A stretch of DNA of 36,624 nucleotides from a virus (lineage: Duplodnaviria > Caudoviricetes), in IMG/VR virus record IMGVR_UViG_3300020403_000035, positions 1-36,624 of that record. One strand, written 5' to 3'. The notes beneath the pieces are model-generated. The model did not search any database. It worked only from the letters and a program-made list of their open reading frames with translations, and was not told where the DNA came from. Shown here piece after piece: positions 27,494 to 34,876 of the stretch (positions are counted from its first letter, which is position 1; each line of letters starts with the position of its first letter). The position numbers and the translations under genes were made by a program.

Positions 27494-27585
27494 TATTTTA
27501 TAGCCAAGTGTATACGCCAACCAGCTTTTTATTGTATACATTTGCCTAGGCTTCAGGCTATCGTAGATAACTTGGCTATAAAATA
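27494..27585 (-). ncRNA. Putative structured RNA: 16-bp perfect stem closing a multi-hairpin junction
   Basis: TATTTTATAGCCAAGT/ACTTGGCTATAAAATA encloses TATC/GATA, GCCT/AGGC and GTATAC/GTATAC hairpins. Confidence 0.55.
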
Positions 27586-27590
27586 TAATC

Positions 27591-27622
27591 GCATATAGCG
27601 GCAAGAGAGAACCGCTATACAC
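27591..27622 (-). promoter_or_regulatory. 12-bp RNA hairpin with pyrimidine loop
   Basis: GUGUAUAGCGGU-UCUCUCUU-GCCGCUAUAUGC, with G-U pairs only on the minus RNA. Confidence 0.5.
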
Positions 27623-27630
27623 TATCTTGT

Positions 27631-27876
27631 TCATCTATTGATTTCCCAAGAATAAAAAGAAGGCTCTATTTCGCCTTTGTTACCTTCCTTTTTTAAACTT
27701 GGTTTTTCACTCTCTTGGACATCGTTCATCACTGATCTTGATAGCATACTTAAACTATCATCACAACATTCTTCTTTGATTACAAAGTTGTATTGTTGTT
27801 TTTCATAGTTATATTCACTTTCTGCTATCGTTACTCTACATGCTGAACATACTACTCTTAATGGTTCTTTTTTCAT
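27631..27876 (-). CDS. Hypothetical Cys-containing protein
   Basis: The start is probably ATG 27876 (ATGA overlap) rather than 27933. CSAC...ECC motif. Confidence 0.6.
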   Translation of the reverse strand: MKKEPLRVVCSACRVTIAESEYNYEKQQYNFVIKEECCDDSLSMLSRSVMNDVQESEKPSLKKEGNKGEIEPSFYSWEINR

Positions 27877-28073
27877 TTGTTCACCACATTGTAGTATATT
27901 GCCCACATCAAAGGTTTTGACATTTTCTTGCACACTACATTTAACGCTGGATCGTATGCGTTATCTGCTCTCTTTTGTAATGGTTTCAAATCAATGTTGT
28001 ATTGATGTTTAAACCAGTCACTAAATAGTGTAGAATGCTGCAACCTTGTGTGGTATATTGCTTTCTTAGTCAT
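27873..28073 (-). CDS. Hypothetical early protein (66 aa)
   Basis: Translationally coupled ORF. Confidence 0.6.
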   Translation of the reverse strand: MTKKAIYHTRLQHSTLFSDWFKHQYNIDLKPLQKRADNAYDPALNVVCKKMSKPLMWAIYYNVVNK

Positions 28074-28251
28074 CTTTTAGCACCTTTATATTTACGGTTT
28101 TTGACTTAACATTGACAAAAGTTTCTACTACTTCAGTAAATGGTTCAAAGTATTCTACATCTGAATCATCAAAGGTTAGATTTATGTCAATGTTCTTTGG
28201 CAATGGTACATGTTTCTTTCTTGGTTTTTTATCGTCTTTTTTACCAGTCAT
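28066..28251 (-). CDS. Hypothetical early protein (61 aa)
   Basis: Overlapping ORF within the operon. Confidence 0.6.
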   Translation of the reverse strand: MTGKKDDKKPRKKHVPLPKNIDINLTFDDSDVEYFEPFTEVVETFVNVKSKTVNIKVLKDD

Positions 28252-28585
28252 AGAATAACTGCTTTCTAAGACGCTCTAAACTATCATAAATAACTTCTGC
28301 TATTTTTAGCACAAGCATTATGCTAATGAAGAAGAAAAACCATAAAGACAAGTCTAATGCTATTGAAGATATGGTATTCATATACTCTGCTGTAAACATA
28401 GAGTATTTCGTATCAAATCGTACAAATAGTACTATACTTGTTACTACTGTTGCTATACTAAGTATAATATACTTTAGTACATTTATTAGGTAATTGTTAA
28501 TGCAAGCGTATGCAAATCCAGCGTCCTTACCTTTGTACGCTGTTTTTATTTTCATAGCATATCGCTTTATGTATTTAACGGGCAT
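28241..28585 (-). CDS. Two-TM membrane protein
   Basis: GAGGTG SD and two long hydrophobic stretches. Confidence 0.7.
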   Translation of the reverse strand: MPVKYIKRYAMKIKTAYKGKDAGFAYACINNYLINVLKYIILSIATVVTSIVLFVRFDTKYSMFTAEYMNTISSIALDLSLWFFFFISIMLVLKIAEVIYDSLERLRKQLFYDW

Positions 28586-28618
28586 TTTTGCACCTCTCTT
28601 ATTGTTAATAAAAAGCTT

Positions 28619-28695
28619 TGCCGACTAACATTGTGGATTAACTGATATAGGGTATATTGATATGATGTTGTGATCTGTTTTGATATTAGTCGGCA
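28619..28695 (-). ncRNA. Putative sRNA/leader: 13-bp stem with an A/C-rich AUCA-repeat loop
   Basis: UGCCGACUAAUAU/AUGUUAGUCGGCA stem, beginning at the predicted +1 of a sigma70-like promoter. Confidence 0.5.
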
Positions 28696-28701
28696 TAAGT
28701 T

Positions 28702-28730
28702 ATAATAATTATTTCTTATACCAATGGCAA
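28702..28730 (-). promoter_or_regulatory. Sigma70-like promoter
   Basis: TTGCCA-N17-TATTAT on the minus strand. Confidence 0.55.
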
Positions 28731-28795
28731 GTCGTTTTTCCATACGGCAATTCTAATGATTTAAAAAGCTCTTCGATGCGATAGCACCGATGGTT

Positions 28796-28833
28796 GCACT
28801 ATGGTACCAACATTTCTGCTGATACCATAGTAC
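28796..28833 (-). promoter_or_regulatory. 17-bp RNA hairpin with GAAA tetraloop
   Basis: Fully paired only on the minus RNA, using three G-U pairs. It lies 17 nt after the stop of the first early gene and has no U tail. Confidence 0.6.
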
Positions 28834-28850
28834 TGTTAGATTAACGATAA

Positions 28851-29306
28851 TTATTCTTCATCATCATATTCTAACTCGCCAACATTATCGTTAGCTGGTT
28901 GGACATATAAGGTAATCAGGTTAACTGATTCGTCCTTATTATATGGATAAGACTGATACTCAATCTTATTACCGTCGCCGTCCTCGGTGATAACTTGCAA
29001 ATTCTTTAGTGCAAGGTATTTCTCTAAGGATGGACGGAATGTTGCACTCGTCCAACTGTCGGATCGTAGGGTTATCAGATAGATAAATCTATACTTCTTA
29101 TCAGAATATAGTTCATTCTGGGATTGAAGTGTTTTACCGCTGATAGAACCTAATGTGACATTCTCAGCAAGTTTATTGCGAACACTATCTTTCTTACAAG
29201 TAGTAGTGGTTGGACGCATCTTAGTGTTTACTAAGTAATCCTTGATTGAGATGTCACGACTATTAAGCATAGTCCATGCATCTTTTAACGCTATTTTATT
29301 AGACAT
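28851..29306 (-). CDS. First early gene; hypothetical protein with acidic C-tail (151 aa)
   Basis: AAAGAGAG upstream. The protein ends GELEYDDEE. Confidence 0.8.
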   Translation of the reverse strand: MSNKIALKDAWTMLNSRDISIKDYLVNTKMRPTTTTCKKDSVRNKLAENVTLGSISGKTLQSQNELYSDKKYRFIYLITLRSDSWTSATFRPSLEKYLALKNLQVITEDGDGNKIEYQSYPYNKDESVNLITLYVQPANDNVGELEYDDEE

Positions 29307-29341
29307 TGTTAACTCTCTTTCTTTTTGTTTTATTATTATTA

Positions 29342-29356
29342 GGGGACGCAGTCCCC
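29342..29356 (+). promoter_or_regulatory. GNA-triloop DNA hairpin; candidate virion-RNAP promoter for leftward transcription
   Basis: GGGGAC-GCA-GTCCCC on the template strand, 35 nt upstream of the first early ATG. Confidence 0.45.
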
Positions 29357-29363
29357 GAGGGTG

Positions 29364-29460
29364 CAGCTACGCCCGTTAAGCAAATATTGACTTGGAATAT
29401 TCAAACGAATATTTTCAACGATATTGAATATGAAAAGTCAATATTTGTAGGGTGTAGGTG
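29364..29460. repeat. Long imperfect inverted repeat with inward-facing TTGACT boxes
   Basis: Perfect 13-bp arms at 29381-29393 and 29435-29447, inner ATATTCAA/TTGAATAT, outer CTACGCCC/GGGTGTAG. The + strand reads TTGACT-N17-TATTTT. Confidence 0.8.
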
Positions 29461-29506
29461 TTATATATACTACGCACACGCAATCTAGGGCAATTTTTTA
29501 AAATGA

Positions 29507-29538
29507 TTGCAAGGTAGCTAAAAAAATGATTAAGTTAA
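29507..29538 (+). promoter_or_regulatory. Candidate rightward promoter
   Basis: TTGCAA-N18-TAAGTT(AA), the same layout as at 32393. Confidence 0.4.
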
Positions 29539-29541
29539 AAT

Positions 29542-29757
29542 ATGAAACAGGTAAAAAAACTAATTACGTTTCTTAAAAAGAATAAAGTAATGGAAAGATA
29601 TAATAAAGACAAAAATAAATGGGAAGAGGTTGAATTAGATCTAGGAGATGAGGAAACCTTTGGTTTAGTACAAACAATGTCTGCTGAATTGGATATTATG
29701 GTTACTATAGAAGAAATGGAATTAGGAATTAAGCCTAACAAGAATAAGATGAACTAG
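29542..29757 (+). CDS. Hypothetical protein (71 aa)
   Basis: First rightward ORF, with purine-rich coding bias. Confidence 0.65.
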   Translation: MKQVKKLITFLKKNKVMERYNKDKNKWEEVELDLGDEETFGLVQTMSAELDIMVTIEEMELGIKPNKNKMN

Positions 29758-29769
29758 TGCAAGGTATAA

Positions 29770-29842
29770 ACGTATATATATACGTATATATAAATGTACA
29801 TTTATACATACATTTATGTATTGCTATATTATAAACGTTTAT
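29770..29842. repeat. Cluster of overlapping AT-rich palindromes
   Basis: Perfect palindromes at 29770-29785, 29775-29792, 29789-29806 and 29831-29842. ATAAACGT occurs three times nearby. Confidence 0.8.
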
Positions 29843-29851
29843 GATAAACGT

Positions 29852-30070
29852 ATGAAGCAAAAAAAGAATAAACCGACTTTGAAAGAAGTTGTAGGATTAA
29901 TAGGAATACTAGCCAATCAAGTAGAGCAGTTGAAGATGCAAATTTGGAACGGCGATAGGGCCCTTGATCTATATTTAGAGATGAAAGGCGATAAAGAAGA
30001 CTTTAAAAAATTTTTGGAAGAAAAATTCCCTATAGATGATAAAGATAACAAAAAGACTGAAGAAAAATAA
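29852..30070 (+). CDS. Hypothetical coiled-coil protein
   Basis: The start is probably ATG 29852. The upstream extension to 29816 runs through the palindrome cluster. Confidence 0.65.
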   Translation: MKQKKNKPTLKEVVGLIGILANQVEQLKMQIWNGDRALDLYLEMKGDKEDFKKFLEEKFPIDDKDNKKTEEK

Positions 30071-30812
30071 TTTTCAGCCAAAAGAATACGTAGTGTATAC
30101 TACCAAAGACAAAAGTATACCAGAGTATGTACATTGGCAAGAATGCGATGTAGACGATTGGGGAATTAGCGATGATGGATACATTAGTAAGTGTATTTAT
30201 CGCAATGTGTACAAAAAAGGGACGCTAGTGACATTTCCGTACGGTAGGCAATGGTTAGGTAGCAAAAGACGTTTAGAATTTGAACCACACTGGCATTCTG
30301 GCAATTTAAACAACGTTTCTACAAAACCGTACAGTGAAATAGAAACACGCTCTAAAAGAGCAGGGTTAGCAGTAGATGCATTTATTGCATATAAGGTAGC
30401 GGGGGAAAAACCTGATATGGAACAGATTGGTAAGATATATAGACCAGATCAAGCAGAACCGCATATAGCTGCAAAAAGATTATTTAAGCTGAAGGAGACA
30501 AAGCAAATGATAAAAGATAAGTTACAAGAAGTGTTAACTGAAAAAGGTATAGATGAAGGATATGTATTAGATGTGATGAAAGACGCAGTTACTGTAGCAC
30601 AAATGAAAGAAGATCCAGGAAATATGATACGTGCAGCAGATAAGTTGTCTGAGTTTTTAGATATGAAACCACAGAAGACTCAACAAACAGAAACTTTAGA
30701 AATGGATATAAGCCATCAAATATCAAATCAGTTTGAAACGCAAAAGAAAAAGTTGAAAGCTACACAAACTAGAGAGATAGGCGATGGAGAAGAAGATAAT
30801 ACTAAAAGGTAA
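30036..30812 (+). CDS. Probable terminase small subunit
   Basis: Upstream of TerL. The helical C-terminal half (GIDEGYVL...MIRAADKLSEFLDM) resembles TerS oligomerisation regions. Confidence 0.5.
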   Translation: MIKITKRLKKNNFQPKEYVVYTTKDKSIPEYVHWQECDVDDWGISDDGYISKCIYRNVYKKGTLVTFPYGRQWLGSKRRLEFEPHWHSGNLNNVSTKPYSEIETRSKRAGLAVDAFIAYKVAGEKPDMEQIGKIYRPDQAEPHIAAKRLFKLKETKQMIKDKLQEVLTEKGIDEGYVLDVMKDAVTVAQMKEDPGNMIRAADKLSEFLDMKPQKTQQTETLEMDISHQISNQFETQKKKLKATQTREIGDGEEDNTKR

Positions 30813-30903
30813 AGAGGATAATATCTTAGTATTTTTAGCTACAATGGTACAAGTAGCAAAAGATATGGATTTAGAATTTACTATTATTATAGATGAAAAA
30901 TAA
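30784..30903 (+). CDS. Small hypothetical protein (39 aa)
   Basis: MEKKIILKGKEDNILVFL... bridges the TerS and TerL genes and overlaps both. Not in the ORF track. Confidence 0.55.
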   Translation: MEKKIILKGKEDNILVFLATMVQVAKDMDLEFTIIIDEK

Positions 30904-32386
30904 AAAACAAAGTATTATACAAGAGATGCAACAAGATATGTTGTTATTTGGTAGAATGGTAATGCCTAATATGTTTAGTAGTGAGTCTCCTCCATTCCAT
31001 TACGATCTTACAGAACATTTATTAGACAAGGAACGCAAACAAATAAATATTATAGCTCCACGTGGACACGCTAAGTCGTCAGTAGTTGCTGGTATTTATC
31101 CCTTGTTTCATTTAATGTTTGACGAAGGTGTAAAGGTTATTGTTCTAGTATCTAGGACACAATCACACGCTACTAAACTATTAGGTACTATAAAAGATGT
31201 ATTAGACTATTCTCAAGAGTTTAGATACTTCTTTGGTTATTGGGGAATGCAATCAGCACGTAAATGGACAAACACGGAAATAGAATTAAAAGATGGTAGC
31301 GTTATTATTTGTAAAGGTACAGGACAACAGATACGTGGTATTAAACACGGAAATCAACGACCTACTCTTTTAATATTAGATGATCCAGAAGATGAAAACA
31401 ATACCAAGACCGCAGAAGCTATGGAATATAACTTACGTTGGTTGTTGCAATCTGGTGTTCCGTCCTTGGACCCGTTATCTGGAAGAATTTGTGTTATTGG
31501 TACTCCGCAGCACGAACGTTGTATGGTAGAAACATTAAAAGATATGAAAGGTTGGAAGACTTTAGAGTTTAGACCAGATCTTGAAAAGAAAGTTGCTTTG
31601 TGGGATGAAGTATGGCCTGTAGAAAAATTAATACAGAAAAAAGAAGAATTAGATAGTATTAATAGACTTTCTGTGTTTTATAGAGAATATCTATGTCAAA
31701 TAGTAGGTGACGAAGATAATTTATTTAAAAAAGAAGATATACAGTATTATGATGGTTATATAGAGCAGGACGAAGCAGGATTGTCGACTCTTGTCCTGAC
31801 GAGCCTAAATGGTGAGGAAGTAGACGAGAGAAGACCTGTAAACGTGTTTACTGGTGTCGATCCTGCATCTAGTACGAAAAAAACTGCAGACTTTTCTGTA
31901 ATTTTTAATATAGCCATAGATGATAACAATAATAGATTTGTTTTGCCTTACTATAGGAAAAGAGCTAAACCGTTATCATTAGCAGATGCTATTATACGTA
32001 ATTTTAAAAATTATCGTAGTTCTAAAACAAGAATAGAGTCTGTAGGTTATCAGGAGATGCTAAGGCAATACATTAAAGAAGAATCTGAAAAACTTGGATT
32101 GTTTATCCCTGGACTTGAAATAAAAGAAAACCCTAGAACTAGAAAATCATACAGATTAGAAAGCTTACAACCATTGTTTGCTAATAGAAAAGTCTACATT
32201 AACAAAAATATGCAAGCATTAGAAGATGAGCTGTTATTATACCCTCGTGGTAAACACGATGACTTGTTAGACGGATTCTTTTATGCTAACAAGAATTCTT
32301 ATAGACCATCACATAGTTTTACATCTTCGGTACCAAAAAAAGACACTTTTTACCATTCTCCTCAAAAAAGTTGGAAAATTAACTAA
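30893..32386 (+). CDS. terL: Terminase large subunit
   Basis: Walker A APRGHAKS, Walker B LILDD, coupling motif IGTP, and nuclease motifs GVDPA, IESVGYQ and HDDLLD. Confidence 0.96.
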   Translation: MKNKKQSIIQEMQQDMLLFGRMVMPNMFSSESPPFHYDLTEHLLDKERKQINIIAPRGHAKSSVVAGIYPLFHLMFDEGVKVIVLVSRTQSHATKLLGTIKDVLDYSQEFRYFFGYWGMQSARKWTNTEIELKDGSVIICKGTGQQIRGIKHGNQRPTLLILDDPEDENNTKTAEAMEYNLRWLLQSGVPSLDPLSGRICVIGTPQHERCMVETLKDMKGWKTLEFRPDLEKKVALWDEVWPVEKLIQKKEELDSINRLSVFYREYLCQIVGDEDNLFKKEDIQYYDGYIEQDEAGLSTLVLTSLNGEEVDERRPVNVFTGVDPASSTKKTADFSVIFNIAIDDNNNRFVLPYYRKRAKPLSLADAIIRNFKNYRSSKTRIESVGYQEMLRQYIKEESEKLGLFIPGLEIKENPRTRKSYRLESLQPLFANRKVYINKNMQALEDELLLYPRGKHDDLLDGFFYANKNSYRPSHSFTSSVPKKDTFYHSPQKSWKIN

Positions 32387-32392
32387 TATTCC

Positions 32393-32424
32393 TTGACTTT
32401 TCTCGATTTTATCTTATAAGTTAA
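32393..32424 (+). promoter_or_regulatory. Candidate promoter for the head operon
   Basis: TTGACT-N18-TAAGTT(AA) in the gap after terL. Confidence 0.5.
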
Positions 32425-32430
32425 TATAAG

Positions 32431-32586
32431 GTGCAAATAGATTTATTAAAGTATATGTTTAAGAAAGGTAGCTATGTGGAGCTGCTAGACAAACATACAA
32501 CAATAGAAGTACCAAAAGGATATAAGGTAATAGATGCCAGACAGCGTAAAAAAAACAAAGAGAAAACAAAGAAGTCAGAACTATAA
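32431..32586 (+). CDS. Small basic hypothetical protein (51 aa)
   Basis: GTG 32431 to TAA 32586, overlapping the portal start. The start codon is uncertain. Confidence 0.4.
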   Translation: MQIDLLKYMFKKGSYVELLDKHTTIEVPKGYKVIDARQRKKNKEKTKKSEL

Positions 32587-34867
32587 TGATCTGATTGATG
32601 TGTTTGGTTATATTCCTGGAAGACTTAATAAAGAGTCTGGGGAAATAGCTGATGAAGTACAAGAGTCTTTAGAACTTTTAGACGAGTACAATAATTTGCG
32701 TGAAATCTGGGCTGTAAAGTTCCAAGAAGCATTAGAGTTTAGAGCTGGAGCACAATGGTCTCAAGAAGAACGTGATGTTCTAGAACAACGTGGACAAGCA
32801 CCTATTGTAGTAAATCGTATACATCCTATTGTAGAAACTGCAAAATCTTTACTTACTTACAATTCTCCTGAGTTTCGTTCTAGTGCTAGAGAAGACTCTG
32901 ATAGAGATACTGCAAAAGTATTTTCTGATTTATTTGCCTGGATGTGGGATCAATCATCTGGTAATGAAGAATTGAAAAAAATTGTAGACGATTACTATGT
33001 CGGTGGTATGGGCGTAATGCACATTTATCAAGATCCTATGGCTGATTTAGGTAAAGGTGAAGTATTTTTAAAATCTATTAATCCATTAGATGTATATATA
33101 GATCCAAATGCAAAAGATGTATATGCACGTGATGCTGCTCACATATTAGTAGTGAAGTATATTACTGACGAACAAGCAATGCAATTATATCCAGATTTTA
33201 TGGACATTATAGAAGATTCTGATAGTGCTATTGATAATGATGAAGAAATACCAGCAACAGACTTAGCTGCTACTGAAGGTCAAATATTTAATACTGATGA
33301 AGATACAAATTATCATACTAAAAGAAAGTATATAGAACGTTACACAAAAGAAATGCATACTTATTATAGTATTTATGAACCTTTCTCTCAGAAAGAATAT
33401 TTGTTTAATGCTGATGAATATGCAGAGTATAAAAAAACTTATTATATGCGTTTAACTAAAGCAACGGGCGAAGAAGTTTATATTTCTGATGAAGACGCAA
33501 AAGAAGAATTATTAAAAGTTATAGAAGAGTTTGGTCCAATATTTCATTTTGAATTACCTGATCCTGAGATAGATGATAAAGGTAATCTTATTCCGCAACC
33601 TCCTGTAAAGGTAAAAGGAATGGAAGGACCAGATGCTATACCTGGAAGTACTACAGTTATTACACCATTAACTGCAGAGGAAATGATAGGTATGGAAAAT
33701 ATTATGATGAATAAAATTGAAAAGTGTTGCGTAAAATTAACAGCAACAGTTGGTAACAATGTTTTATATACTAGAATACTACCAACAGAAGAATATCCTA
33801 TTGTACCATTAATGAACGTACATCACAGAAATCCTTATCCAGAGTCTGATGTTAGACTATATAGACCGCTGCAAGAATACATAAATAAAATACGTTCATT
33901 AATTATTGCACACGCAAGTACAAGTACAAATGTAAAACTATTGATTCCTCGTGGCTCAGCAGATCTTCGTCAAATCGAAGAAGAATGGAGTAGAGCAGGT
34001 ACCAGTGTTATTGAGTTCGATGCTGAGCTAGGTGCACCTATTGTTGCTGGTCCTGTGCCATTACCAAATGAATTGTATAAAAATGAAGCAGACGCTAAAT
34101 ACGATCTTGAATACGGATTTGGTATTTTTGAACTTATGCAAGGTAGTGGTATGAACTCTCCGTCAACTTATAGAGGAACACTTGTCGTTGATGAGTTTGG
34201 TCAACGAAGAATTAAATCTCGCAGAGATGATATAGAAAACTTTTTAAATCAATGTGCAAAAGTTGCTGTACCTTTAATGCAGCAAATATACACAGAAGAA
34301 AAGGTAATTAGATTAGTACAACCAAATGGATTGGAAAAAGAAGAACGCTTTAACTTTTTTAAAGAAATGGACAATGGCGATGTTATGAGATTTCATGATG
34401 TAACCATAGGAAGATATGATGTTAAAGTAGTGTCTGGTTCTACATTACCAACAAATAGAATGGCTATGCTAAACACATATATGCAAATGTATCAAGCTGG
34501 ATTGATTGATCAAGTAGAAGTCTTGAAGAAATCTGAACTAGTGGATATAGATGGAGTATTAGCAAGAAGTGGTCAAGCAAGACAAATGGCACAACAAATG
34601 CAAATGTTGCAAGAAGAATTAAAGAAAGTCAAAGGTGACTTACAAACTGCTACACGTGAAGAGCTACACGCTAAGAAACGTTTAGAAGTAGAAAAATTTA
34701 GTTCCGATTTAGATAAAATATCTAATAGGGCTGAATCTGCTACTCAGCTTTACAAGGCTAGAATAGCAGACGTTGAAAACAATCTAATGAACTCTGTTGG
34801 CTCCGTAGAGAAAGAACTAGCTGAAGAGCTAGATCAGGAACCTCAACTAGGAGAGATGGAGAGTTAG
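32534..34867 (+). CDS. Portal protein (P22-like)
   Basis: G.QWS.EE...L..RGQ.PIVVNRI.P, YIDP.A, and C-terminal G.YDV.V..G...PT.R patterns. Follows terL. Confidence 0.92.
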   Translation: MPDSVKKTKRKQRSQNYNDLIDVFGYIPGRLNKESGEIADEVQESLELLDEYNNLREIWAVKFQEALEFRAGAQWSQEERDVLEQRGQAPIVVNRIHPIVETAKSLLTYNSPEFRSSAREDSDRDTAKVFSDLFAWMWDQSSGNEELKKIVDDYYVGGMGVMHIYQDPMADLGKGEVFLKSINPLDVYIDPNAKDVYARDAAHILVVKYITDEQAMQLYPDFMDIIEDSDSAIDNDEEIPATDLAATEGQIFNTDEDTNYHTKRKYIERYTKEMHTYYSIYEPFSQKEYLFNADEYAEYKKTYYMRLTKATGEEVYISDEDAKEELLKVIEEFGPIFHFELPDPEIDDKGNLIPQPPVKVKGMEGPDAIPGSTTVITPLTAEEMIGMENIMMNKIEKCCVKLTATVGNNVLYTRILPTEEYPIVPLMNVHHRNPYPESDVRLYRPLQEYINKIRSLIIAHASTSTNVKLLIPRGSADLRQIEEEWSRAGTSVIEFDAELGAPIVAGPVPLPNELYKNEADAKYDLEYGFGIFELMQGSGMNSPSTYRGTLVVDEFGQRRIKSRRDDIENFLNQCAKVAVPLMQQIYTEEKVIRLVQPNGLEKEERFNFFKEMDNGDVMRFHDVTIGRYDVKVVSGSTLPTNRMAMLNTYMQMYQAGLIDQVEVLKKSELVDIDGVLARSGQARQMAQQMQMLQEELKKVKGDLQTATREELHAKKRLEVEKFSSDLDKISNRAESATQLYKARIADVENNLMNSVGSVEKELAEELDQEPQLGEMES

Positions 34868-34876
34868 GAGGATAAT

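Noticed and set aside
18372-27523. GCCAACCA shared by two structured elements (18372 and 27516)
   Set aside because: It is only 8 nt in two copies, which is compatible with chance.
27494-27585. tRNA or hammerhead ribozyme
   Set aside because: There is no T-loop, D-loop or CCA pattern, and no CUGANGA...GAAA core.
28680-28706. Plus-strand promoter TTGATA...TATAAT
   Set aside because: The spacer is only 15 nt, the context is AT-rich, and there is no + gene downstream.
29306-29488. 60-aa + strand ORF across the divergent region
   Set aside because: It has a TTG start overlapping the opposite ATG and no SD, and it runs through the hairpins.
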